DNA of 64,000 nt, taken from positions 2,880,001 through 2,944,000 of the forward strand of contig OZ246001.1 in assembly GCA_965230295.1 (NCBI GenBank), given 5' to 3'. The translations under genes and the position numbers were made by a program. This DNA comes from Marinicella sp. Lineage in GTDB: Bacteria > Pseudomonadota > Gammaproteobacteria > Xanthomonadales > Marinicellaceae. The notes beneath the pieces are model-generated. The model made no database searches and was not told the DNA's origin. It worked only from the letters and a program-made list of their open reading frames with translations. Shown here in pieces: positions 53,301 through 62,733 of this stretch (within the stretch, counting starts at the first letter, position 1; every line of letters begins with the position of its first letter).

Positions 53301-53456
53301 TTCATCACAAGTGATCAATACATTACCGATCAATTCAATGCCCCCATTGGTGTCAACACTGAATCGACTGGTGAAGTTACGGTCAATTTGGGCTTGAACC
53401 GAAGAAAAAACAAGTAAAAGGACAGCAAAAACGCTGTATTTGGATTTAACGCTCAT
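44394..53456 (-). CDS. Giant (about 3020 aa) Sec-exported adhesin-like protein: N-terminal head domain, DUF11 and many Cys-containing Ig-like repeats
   Basis: Signal peptide MSVKSKYSVFAVLLLVFSSVQA (ATG 53456); head with AGLYWGG and YGGWSIVVVYE; DUF11 (ITYDISFTN..VVTDPIP); T-D-x-A-G-N Ig repeats; ...QFVFKDTFEC near the C-terminus. Confidence 0.92.
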   Translation of the reverse strand: MSVKSKYSVFAVLLLVFSSVQAQIDRNFTSRFSVDTNGGIELIGNVLITCDEATTTDCADRQSGTVNGNNNIQTRYVNEDVPGGFTNSSSATLTLPAGSNVLYAGLYWGGRFADSGGGSNARRTINIKPPLAGSYSSINVGAGNLDDFSTQGSAGNRPYQVWADITTMVQTNGSGVYFVGGLSANNGADGLGFYGGWSIVVVYEDSTLPFRRLALYDGAARVTGTTPVAVTIGGLLTPASGDVTASVGALVWEGDQNISGDRFRFEGTDLFTTGINPVDNFWNSSITKSGAQITNKTPNYVNQLGMDVDFHDIPLAIWGNSEIEANIEFQTNGDSYYPNYLTFVTDLNVPDFSSSLTKTATDDNGGDIGRNDVITYDISFTNDGSDDAINTVVTDPIPANMTYVPNSLEIVSADAGPTGSLTDTVGDDAAEYDSGNDQVVFRVGLNADNSNGGEIAPGEQVVVRFQAQIDAAAPTGDIDNIVTINSNSTQLPTTDFTFQDTATVTLNDITPPTIGTCTVTPDPANNGTAVTANCTGVEAGATLTIPGYACTDNGSGNWSCTGTVGTAGVDGDETATATDAAGNTATTPANFTLDNTPPSIGTCTVTPDPANNGTAVTANCTGVEGGATLTIPGYACTDNGSGNWSCTGTVGTAGVDGDETATATDAAGNTATTPANFTLDNTPPAIGTCTVTPDPANNGTAVTANCTGVEAGATLTIPGYACTDNGSGNWSCTGTVGTAGVDGDETATATDAAGNTATTPANFTLDNTPPAIGTCTVTPDPANNGTAVTANCTGVEAGATLTIPGYACTDNGSGNWSCTGTVGTAGVDGDETATATDAAGNTATTPANFTLDNTPPSIGTCTVTPDPANNGTAVTANCTGVEGGATLTIPGYACTDNGSGNWSCTGTVGTAGVDGDETATATDAAGNTATTPATFTLDNTPPTIGTCTVTPDPANNGTAVTANCTGVEAGATLTIPGYACTDNGSGNWSCTGTVGTAGVDGDETATATDTAGNTATTPANFTLDNTPPAIGTCTVTPDPANNGTAVTANCTGVEAGATLTIPGYACTDNGSGNWSCTGTVGTAGVDGDETATATDTAGNTATTPATFTLDNTPPTIGTCTVTPDPANNGTAVTANCTGVEAGATLTIPGYACTDNGSGNWSCTGTVGTAGVDGDETATATDAAGNTATTPANFTLDNTPPSIGTCTVTPDPANNGTAVTANCTGVEAGSTLTIPGYACTDNGSGNWSCTGTVGTAGVDGDETATATDAAGNTATTPATFTLDNTPPTIGTCTVTPDPANNGTAVTANCTGVEAGATLTIPGYACTDNGSGNWSCTGTVGTAGVDGDETATATDAAGNTATTPANFTLDNDAPPAPVINAPTTGAPVTGTGEPGATVTVTTPSGATCTATVQLDGTWSCTLSPTPVDGEDITATQEDAAGNTSPPTTVAGGIDLSAPAAPTVVSQTTNNPTPVLNGTAEADSTVTIVVGGATYTTTADGSGNWSLDLASATPDSGTLNLDLNGVNDVTVTATDAAGNTSPPDATSGELVLDTTAPTAPTIDPVDENTNPVTGLAEPGALITLSGIVCDNAPVFADVNGVWSCDVTTSAPLVPGTLITATATDAAGNESGPTSTTVADSATQSVSPTIDPVADGATEITGSAVPDSTIDLAGITCSNAPVTADASGNWVCDSPSPVPATGNVISATATQSGLLASPPVTTTVFDPNVTAPPAPQVNPTDGDPVTGTTIPNGDITVLDNQGNVLCATTADAAGNFSCSPVIPAPAHNDVLSVFVTDDNGNSSLPTEVTVDAQAPAAPTVVSQTTNNPTPVLNGTAEADSTVTIVVGGATYTTTADGSGNWSLDLASATPDSGTLNLDLNGVNDVTVTATDAAGNTSPPDATSGELVLDTTAPTAPTIDPVDENTNPVTGLAEPGALITLSGIVCDNAPVFADVNGVWSCDVTTSAPLVPGTLITATATDAAGNESGPTSTTVADSATQSVSPTIDPVADGATEITGSAVPDSTIDLAGITCSNAPVTADASGNWVCDSPSPVPATGNVISATATQSGLLASPPVTTTVFDPNVTAPPAPQVNPTDGDPVTGTTIPNGDITVLDNQGNVLCTTTADAAGNFSCSPVIPAPAHNDVLSVFVTDDNGNSSLPTEVTVDAQAPAAPTVVSQTTNNPTPVLNGTAEADSTVTIVVGGATYTTTADGSGNWSLDLASATPDSGTLNLDLNGVNDVTVTATDAAGNTSPPDATSGELVLDTTAPTAPTIDPVDENTNPVTGLAEPGALITLSGIVCDNAPVFADVNGVWSCDVTTSAPLVPGTLITATATDAAGNESGPTSTTVADSATQSVSPTIDPVADGATEITGSAVPDSTIDLAGITCSNAPVTVDASGNWVCDSPSPVPATGNVISATATQSGLLASPPVTTTVFDPNVTAPPAPQVNPTDGDPVTGTTIPNGDITVLDNQGNVLCTTTADAAGNFSCSPVIPAPAHNDVLSVFVTDDNGNSSLPTEVTVDAQAPAAPVITAPLDGAITNINDPVVVGTAEPFSTVDVTGPLGESCTVQADVNGDWSCQISPALQDGSNQLTATATDEVGNTSPASTVTIEVDTLPPLAPVINVPTNGAPVTGTGEPGATVTVTTPSGSTCMALVQPDGTWSCTLVGPPVDGEDITADQTDPAGNTSPPTTEVGGIDTTPPAAPVCTVTPDPAGNGTPVTATCTGVETDATLTIPGYSCGLESGNVVICNATAGQNGVDGDEVATIQDVAGNTNTTPASFTFDDTVPNPPTINDPSNGLTVSGTGEIGATVNVSTTSGASCSALVDGSGNWTCDLSPEPVDGETATATQTDTANNVSGPATATVAYRPDLTIFFTNCVKGVDQNEQLLYELTINNSGNIDINGALINATLSPNISTPDWICMETGGASCDDNAGTGDVVNELVNLPVGSQLVYLFDSTVTGSLFDFIDVQSSVDMPAGTTDVNLLNNVAEDSDLIYQFVFKDTFECDLPGTIGSTTRQLESFLN
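45900..49094 (-). repeat. Three near-identical intragenic 1065-bp (355-aa) repeats
   Basis: Antisense ORFs recur at 46210, 47275 and 48340; only about three nucleotide differences seen. Confidence 0.95.
49356..51935 (-). repeat. Ten intragenic 258-bp (86-aa) repeats, four Cys each
   Basis: D[IN]TPPxIGTCTVTPDPANNG...ATATD[AT]AGNTATTPA[NT]FTL x10, period 258. Confidence 0.95.
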
Positions 53457-53484
53457 AGACACACACACTATCTGTTGATTAATG

Positions 53485-53500
53485 TGTGATTTATATCACA
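53485..53500. promoter_or_regulatory. Perfect CRP/Clp-family binding box upstream of the giant adhesin gene
   Basis: TGTGA-TTTATA-TCACA; a second box with one mismatch, TGTGA-ACTAAT-TAACA, at 53536-53551. Confidence 0.65.
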
Positions 53501-53671
53501 GAAAATCTGAAAATAAAGGCTGTAAGTGGGAAAACTGTGAACTAATTAACAGTTTGTGACATTTGGTCAATATATATGGCACAAAGTTATAGCTAAGATG
53601 ACGTATCTTCAACTAATTTGACAAATCATGTCACTCAATAATAGAACAGTAAAATCAGTCAATTAAGTTGG

Positions 53672-54208
53672 TTACTTTACTTGTTGTGGTACCATCAGTA
53701 TGTCACTGGCTCTGTAACCTTCATCCACCGCTATGTTGACCAGTTTTTCTAACTCACGAGGATCAATTTGCGGTTTTCTGGCCATGATCCACAAGTAATC
53801 ACGTTTGGTTCTGCCGATGATGGTGTATTCATAGGCTGGATCAACATACACAATGATGAACTCTGATTTGAAGGGCCACAGGAATTGCATTTTCCATTCC
53901 GCATTGGATGGATTTTCAGTGACGACAAAACCGGTTGGGTTGTATTCTTTTTTGGGGCCGGTGAAGCTGTCTTTGTTGAAGCTGAATTGGGTGTCGATCA
54001 CTGTGTCTGACTTTTTGGTATAACTTTCTATGGCGTTATGTGCCCCTTTTTCAATGAAAGTGGGTATGTTGGCAATCACATACCAATCACCCATAAACAA
54101 ATCCAGATTGACCCGTTCAGCCATCCGGATGGGTGGTCCTTGGCGACAAGATTGGAATGCAAATATTGACACAAGCAACATGATTCCTAAACCGATGATT
54201 TTCTTCAT
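53672..54208 (-). CDS. blc: Bacterial lipocalin (Blc-like lipoprotein)
   Basis: Lipobox-like FQSC; F.GDWYVIA, QFLWPFK, YLWIMARKP. Confidence 0.9.
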   Translation of the reverse strand: MKKIIGLGIMLLVSIFAFQSCRQGPPIRMAERVNLDLFMGDWYVIANIPTFIEKGAHNAIESYTKKSDTVIDTQFSFNKDSFTGPKKEYNPTGFVVTENPSNAEWKMQFLWPFKSEFIIVYVDPAYEYTIIGRTKRDYLWIMARKPQIDPRELEKLVNIAVDEGYRASDILMVPQQVK

Positions 54209-54325
54209 TTGTATTCAACCTGAAAAATACCCATGTTAAATGCTGTGATGTGAAAATTGGGTCAAGCCATTGGCATAAGGAATGTCTTTAGGACTTCACT
54301 GAAATTGTTCCAAACAAAAGTGAAT

Positions 54326-54451
54326 GGAGACCACGGCGAACATAACTTGCTACCTCGCACGCACTACGACATTCAAATCGGGCTTCTTTATCTTCGATAA
54401 AACCGCCCAACTTTCATTGCCTGTGCTGGTCGAACTGTCCGACAGTTCTCC
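54326..54451. other. Structured intergenic element (candidate ncRNA or small palindromic repeat)
   Basis: Ends can pair (GGAGACCA...TGGTC..TCC); internal hairpins GGGC..TTTATC-TTC-GATAAA..GCCC and GAACTGT-CCG-ACAGTTC. Confidence 0.4.
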
Positions 54452-54462
54452 TAAGTTGAAGT

Positions 54463-54492
54463 ATAAAAGCGTTTCAATTGAAACGCTTTTAT
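54463..54492. terminator. Perfect 30-bp palindrome, likely terminator
   Basis: ATAAAAGCGTTTCAA|TTGAAACGCTTTTAT, 20 nt past the stop of the 1166-aa gene. Confidence 0.8.
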
Positions 54493-54511
54493 GTATCACA
54501 GGTGTCAACGA

Positions 54512-57500
54512 TCAGTTGTTTTCTAAACCGTCTTTAAAGATCAAGTCAGTTTCTATCATTGAAAAAGCATCCAGGTTATATTCGAAAACAGTTCCATCTG
54601 GATTGCCTACGATCACAGCACAGAATGCTGAAGACGTGTTGTCGGGTAGCAATAACCTGCTGCTGTTTGTTTGCCATTGTGGTGTTGGCGATGCGGGTAT
54701 AACAAACTCTTCCATGTGATTTGGACCAGTGCCATTGCCATTACAATCGGCATCCTCTAACAAGGCACAAATCAAAAACAACTCTAAATTGTTTGCTTGA
54801 GATGGAACGCCCAGTCCTGATACAGATAAAGTGTGGCTGCCGGGCGATTCAAAATTAATACACTGTTCTATGCCAAGTTGAGGTGAGTTGAGGCTTTTCA
54901 TGTATACGGATCCAGACAAGGAAGAATCATCAAAGTCAACAGTACTGTCAGCAACTATGATATCAGGATTTTGTCCAATAATATTGAATGTGTTGAGTGA
55001 AATAGGACTGTCACCACAATCATCCAAATATGCGTTTGTCATCAAATTGTCTGGTTCTACTCTGAACTGGCGCTTTAAGTTACCACCCGGGGTGCCATTC
55101 AGATCACCATCGATCGCATTGCCGGCTGCATCTGTGATGTCATCACAAACCATCAACACATATTGACCAGCCGTTAAAGGTGCATCTAAGGTTAATGTGG
55201 CATCCGGGTTTGTCGGGGTACCTCCTGTGGTGAACGTATTGATGTTAATGAAACTGTCATCACCCATTACACTGTCACAAGATAAGGTTTGCAAATCTTG
55301 ATCTAATCCAGTATCGATGAGGGCGTAATTCAGGTTGTCATCGACCCCAATGAGCCCAGGGTTGTCATCCTGAAATGAAACCACGATTGCAGAAATTTGA
55401 TCATTATTTTGGCTACAAGACAAAATTTCTGTGATAGAAGGGTTGGCATCGATCAAGGTCACAACCGGAATGATTTGATCAACTGGTGTCAACTCCGTAT
55501 CGGCATCATTGTCGATGGCGTTAAAGGCAGACAAGGTAGCGGTGTTTGACAATTCGGTCACGCCTGGATCCAGGCTCTCATCCACCTTAACCGCAAAGAA
55601 GACGGTGTCTTTACCAGAAAGACCAGGTAAACCACCGATGTCATAGGTACAGGTTGAACCTGCTGAATTGTCCGGCACGCAAGCCCATCCAGCGGTACTG
55701 CCGGGGGGATAGAATGTGGTGTTGTCAGGAACCGTTTCTGTGATGAGGGCATTCAAAGCATCCCGATCCCCTTCATTGAAATTAATGAGGGTGTAGTTGA
55801 TGACTTTGCCCAGTGCTGCGGTAACGCCTCCATCGGTTTTAACAATCCTCAAATCCACTTCAGCATCAATGGGCGTGGTGTCCTGAGCATTCGCTGCAGT
55901 GGCATTGCTGGCATCCATCACCACCGTGTTGGTCAATTGAGAAAAAATACCGGGTACCGGGGTGTTGAGCGTCAATGCAAAATCTGCTGAACCGTTTGTG
56001 CCACCGCCCACAGTGCCTAAGTCAAAGGTACAAGTACTGCCAGCTGTGTTGTCAGGTAAACATACCCATCCTGCCGTACTGGCAGCCGCATCGAATACAG
56101 TCTCTGTCAAGACCGTTTCACTCAATGTGGCGCTGTCAGCATCCTGATCACCTGTGTTGCCATAATCAATCTGATAAACCACTGTGGAACCGGGTGTTAG
56201 GCTGATGTCGCCATCGGTTTTACTGACACTCAAAACAGCTGCCGATGTAACTGGTGTTGAATCTGATGCCATGTCATCGCTGGCATTGTCAGCACTCAGC
56301 GTAACGCTGTTACTTATCTGTGTGGTACCGGCAGGTACTGAGCTGATGATCTGAACATCGAAAGTGGTGGAAAAATTTGTTCCTGCCAGATTGCTTGGCA
56401 AAGTCGTACACGTAGATCCCGCGCTATTGTCGGGCAAGCAAGTCCAATCGAAGGGTGCGGTTGGTACATAGTTGGTATTGGTTGGTACCACTTCCGTTAA
56501 AACGGCATTACTGGCCACTTGATTACCTGTGTTGGTGGCGACGATGTCGTAGGTAATTGTGTCACCAGGAACGGCATTGATTAAATCATTGTCTGTTTTG
56601 GTGACTGATAAGACTGCAGCTGAGGTGATGGGGGTGGTGTCAGCTGCCATGACATCATTGATGGCGTTGTTGGCACCCAATGTCACGCTGTTGCTGACAG
56701 CTGTTACGCCGACGCTGACATAATCATCAACCTGGACCGCGAAGGTGGCTGAATCTGAACCACCAGGTCCGAGTTCAGCGGGTGTCAAAGTACAAGTGGA
56801 TCCTGCCATATTATCAGGCAAACAAGCCCATCCAACCGTGCTGCTGCCAGGTAAAAAAGTGGTCTCAGCAGGTACGGTTTCGGTTAAGGTAATTCCAGAT
56901 GTGGCTCCTGCACCTGCTGCATTGGCATAATTCAATGTGTAAGTGATGGTGCCACCAGGTGCTGTATTGGTCACATCACCGTCAGATTTGGTGATGGACA
57001 ATTCAGGTCCGGGCAAAACTTCAATGCCGGCATATCCATTGGTTTGGACCAGACTGGCATTTTCAATGTCGACGTTGGTGCTGGACTCATTAATCAGGTC
57101 GATGGTATACATGCTCCATTTGTTGGCATTGGGACCAGTCGAAGGGCGTCCGAAGAAAAAATATTGACTCGATTGGTAATTCAGGGCCGATAAGCCACTG
57201 GCAGTGGTGATTGGATCGCCAAAATCAATTTCAATGTTGGTGTTGACTTCAGGCTCCCCGCCATCAGAAATATCTCCTTCAATTTTTGCCAAGCTGCGAG
57301 CGCCTCCACCCGGGCTATAAAGCACCCAAAGCGCATCACTGGATTGGTCCCATTCGAGACCAAAAATATTGCTGGGAGTGAAATCGCCCCAGAAATCATC
57401 CAGAATGAGTGAAAAGTGTTCGTCAGTATTGGCAGTTGAAATGACATACAATTCGCCGTCACCGATGAAAAATGCGCGTTGTCCGGTCGAGTCACCAGTC

Positions 57501-58012
57501 AGCAGGCCAGAACCCAGTGCCACACCAGATCCAACAATGGCGCTGTGTTGTTGGGTCACATTGCCATTGGTTGGATCAATGATCGCCAATTCAATAGCAA
57601 CCCCGCGATCAAATAATGCGTACAAAACAGCATTGGGTTCGTCGTACCAGATCCCCCAGTTGTTGGATGTGGTATAACCGGCTGTCAAGGCAGGGTTGGT
57701 GTCAGTGATTCCAGTGGTTAAATCCACCGTATAGATTCGATCCACATTGAGGTCATCTCTACCAATGAAGTAAGATTTATTGTTTGCCACGTTGAGTGCA
57801 GTTGCTCCAGTGGTCATGTCCAACATACCGGTTTCTACTGAGGAGTCTGTACCCAGTAATGTGATGGTACCTGTGGTAGGGTCAACAGTTCCGATTTGTT
57901 TTTCGCCCAAATCTGTTGCAGGTGGCAGTCCAAAAAACCCATAAACTTCTTGAGCAATGGCAGATTGACCACACAAACAGATAAGAAGAATAAGTAATGC
58001 GCATGATTTCAT
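54512..58012 (-). CDS. Large exported protein: propeller-like N-domain, four DUF11 domains and further beta-sandwich domains
   Basis: Signal peptide; four LSxxKxDG...PGxTxxY...LTETVP...WxCxPDNxAGSTCT units; ends ...DLIFKDGLENN. Confidence 0.88.
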   Translation of the reverse strand: MKSCALLILLICLCGQSAIAQEVYGFFGLPPATDLGEKQIGTVDPTTGTITLLGTDSSVETGMLDMTTGATALNVANNKSYFIGRDDLNVDRIYTVDLTTGITDTNPALTAGYTTSNNWGIWYDEPNAVLYALFDRGVAIELAIIDPTNGNVTQQHSAIVGSGVALGSGLLTGDSTGQRAFFIGDGELYVISTANTDEHFSLILDDFWGDFTPSNIFGLEWDQSSDALWVLYSPGGGARSLAKIEGDISDGGEPEVNTNIEIDFGDPITTASGLSALNYQSSQYFFFGRPSTGPNANKWSMYTIDLINESSTNVDIENASLVQTNGYAGIEVLPGPELSITKSDGDVTNTAPGGTITYTLNYANAAGAGATSGITLTETVPAETTFLPGSSTVGWACLPDNMAGSTCTLTPAELGPGGSDSATFAVQVDDYVSVGVTAVSNSVTLGANNAINDVMAADTTPITSAAVLSVTKTDNDLINAVPGDTITYDIVATNTGNQVASNAVLTEVVPTNTNYVPTAPFDWTCLPDNSAGSTCTTLPSNLAGTNFSTTFDVQIISSVPAGTTQISNSVTLSADNASDDMASDSTPVTSAAVLSVSKTDGDISLTPGSTVVYQIDYGNTGDQDADSATLSETVLTETVFDAAASTAGWVCLPDNTAGSTCTFDLGTVGGGTNGSADFALTLNTPVPGIFSQLTNTVVMDASNATAANAQDTTPIDAEVDLRIVKTDGGVTAALGKVINYTLINFNEGDRDALNALITETVPDNTTFYPPGSTAGWACVPDNSAGSTCTYDIGGLPGLSGKDTVFFAVKVDESLDPGVTELSNTATLSAFNAIDNDADTELTPVDQIIPVVTLIDANPSITEILSCSQNNDQISAIVVSFQDDNPGLIGVDDNLNYALIDTGLDQDLQTLSCDSVMGDDSFININTFTTGGTPTNPDATLTLDAPLTAGQYVLMVCDDITDAAGNAIDGDLNGTPGGNLKRQFRVEPDNLMTNAYLDDCGDSPISLNTFNIIGQNPDIIVADSTVDFDDSSLSGSVYMKSLNSPQLGIEQCINFESPGSHTLSVSGLGVPSQANNLELFLICALLEDADCNGNGTGPNHMEEFVIPASPTPQWQTNSSRLLLPDNTSSAFCAVIVGNPDGTVFEYNLDAFSMIETDLIFKDGLENN

Positions 58013-58094
58013 GATTTTCCCCGAGATTTTTTTATTTATTATAGCCCACGAACAGAAAAATATGCATGAAACTAACTTGATCTAGGTCATACTA

Positions 58095-58649
58095 ATGTCT
58101 CAATTATCATCATCTAAACAGCAAATGACTCAAAACGCCAAGTCTTGGTATGGAAACAAATACCTCAGTTTACTCCGTGATGTCTTGTTGATCGTTTTAC
58201 TGATGTCAGCGATTTCCTGGTGGCTTAACCGGGGTTCATTGGCCGCAGCTGGACAATTAGCACCGGCTTTCACCTTGTCCACACTGACAGGTGAAATCAC
58301 ATCTCTGAAGGAACATCAAGGCAAACAGGTGTTGCTGTATTTTTTTGCACCTTGGTGTTCTGTTTGTCGCTTGTCTGCTGACAACCTGAATGACCTAAGG
58401 GCCGCACGTGAAGATGAGGAGTTATCAATTCTGATGGTGGCTTTATCCTATGAAAGCCGCGCTGAGGTTGAGGCTTTTGTGGCAGACCTGGATTTACAGG
58501 TACCTGTGTTATTGGGTACTGCACAACAATTCAATGACTATCAAATTGTTGGCTTTCCAACTTATTATGTGATCGATGAAGCAGGCAACTTGGCTTCTAA
58601 ATCCATGGGTTACAGTACAGAATTGGGCATGCGAGTCAGAACCTGGTGA
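58095..58649 (+). CDS. Membrane-anchored thioredoxin-like (TlpA/redoxin family) protein
   Basis: N-terminal TM, APAFTL, YFFAPWCSVC, GFPTYYVID. Confidence 0.88.
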   Translation: MSQLSSSKQQMTQNAKSWYGNKYLSLLRDVLLIVLLMSAISWWLNRGSLAAAGQLAPAFTLSTLTGEITSLKEHQGKQVLLYFFAPWCSVCRLSADNLNDLRAAREDEELSILMVALSYESRAEVEAFVADLDLQVPVLLGTAQQFNDYQIVGFPTYYVIDEAGNLASKSMGYSTELGMRVRTW

Positions 58650-58715
58650 GTTTTGCTCACAAAGCCAGATAACAAGGCAATCACAGCTTTACCATCACTG
58701 GTTGAAACCGTATAA

Positions 58716-61717
<3,002 letters not shown>

Positions 61718-61727
61718 CCTCAGATAA

Positions 61728-62732
61728 ATGAAATTATATTTCAACCAACTGGAAACACAGCTGAAACAACAACTGCTACCGGTGTATTTGTTGGTGGGTG
61801 ATGAACCCTTACAGTTACAAGAAGCTGGTGATGCCATCAAAAAAACAGCACTGAAACAGGGTTTTACAGAACGTGAAGCCCATTTGGTAGATAACAGTTT
61901 TCAATGGCATGAACTACAAAACAGTGCCGGAAACATGTCATTGTTTGCTACTCAGCGCATCATTGATTTACACATGCCTACTGGCAAGCCGGGTACCAAA
62001 GGTTCTGCCAGCATTGTTGGTTTCATCGAAAACATGCCTACTGATGTCATGCTGATCATCCGTTGTGACGAATGGAATGCCGGTAATGACAAGACCAAAT
62101 GGGTCAAAACCATCATCGAAAAAGGCGCCTTTTTGCGTGTCTACCAACCCAAAGCAGCAGAATTACCCAAATGGATCAGACAGCGGTGTCAAAACATCGG
62201 TTTGAAAGTTGATAATGATGCCATCGGATTACTCAGCATGCGCCTGGAAGGCAATTTATTGGCCGCTGCACAAGAACTTGAAAAGTTGAAGATGCGTTAC
62301 GTCAACCAAACAGTGACTGGTCATGATGTGGCCAGTTTGGTGGCTGACAATGCCAGGTTTGATGTGTTCAGATTAACGGATGCTTTGTTCGACAACCAAC
62401 CGGTCAGGGCGATCAGAATCCTGCGATCGTTACAAAAAAACGACTTGTCAGCAGTCATCATCCATTGGGCATTGGAACGGGAAACCAGAATGTTGTGCGA
62501 GTTGTCATTCATTCGTTCTCAGAAGCGCAATGTGAGTGCCGCTGATTACCGCCGGTTTGGGATTTGGCAAAATCGCCAGGCCACCATTCAAAAAACCTTG
62601 AATCACAGGCCATTGCCACATTGGGAACAGTGTTTGCAAGAGCTCTCAGTCATTGATCGCATGATCAAGGGCCGCAAGAAAGGCAATGTTTGGCTAGCCA
62701 TTGAAAACTGGGTCATCTTGTTTGTGAGTTGA
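61728..62732 (+). CDS. holA: DNA polymerase III delta subunit
   Basis: PVYLLVGDEPL, MSLFA, EGNLLAAAQELEKL, FDVFRLTDA. Confidence 0.95.
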   Translation: MKLYFNQLETQLKQQLLPVYLLVGDEPLQLQEAGDAIKKTALKQGFTEREAHLVDNSFQWHELQNSAGNMSLFATQRIIDLHMPTGKPGTKGSASIVGFIENMPTDVMLIIRCDEWNAGNDKTKWVKTIIEKGAFLRVYQPKAAELPKWIRQRCQNIGLKVDNDAIGLLSMRLEGNLLAAAQELEKLKMRYVNQTVTGHDVASLVADNARFDVFRLTDALFDNQPVRAIRILRSLQKNDLSAVIIHWALERETRMLCELSFIRSQKRNVSAADYRRFGIWQNRQATIQKTLNHRPLPHWEQCLQELSVIDRMIKGRKKGNVWLAIENWVILFVS

Positions 62733-62733
62733 T

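Noticed and set aside
44394-53456. T1SS/RTX adhesin, autotransporter or T9SS substrate
   Set aside because: It has a Sec signal peptide and many Cys, and lacks GGxGxD nonapeptides, a C-terminal beta-barrel and a recognisable T9SS CTD.
54340-54460. Integron attC site
   Set aside because: A GTTATGT core exists on the minus strand, but there is no complementary inverse core at the other end, the fold is branched, and there is no cassette array or integrase.
54324-54719. 131-aa + strand ORF
   Set aside because: It runs through a terminator-like palindrome and antisense into the 1166-aa gene; no motif or clear RBS.
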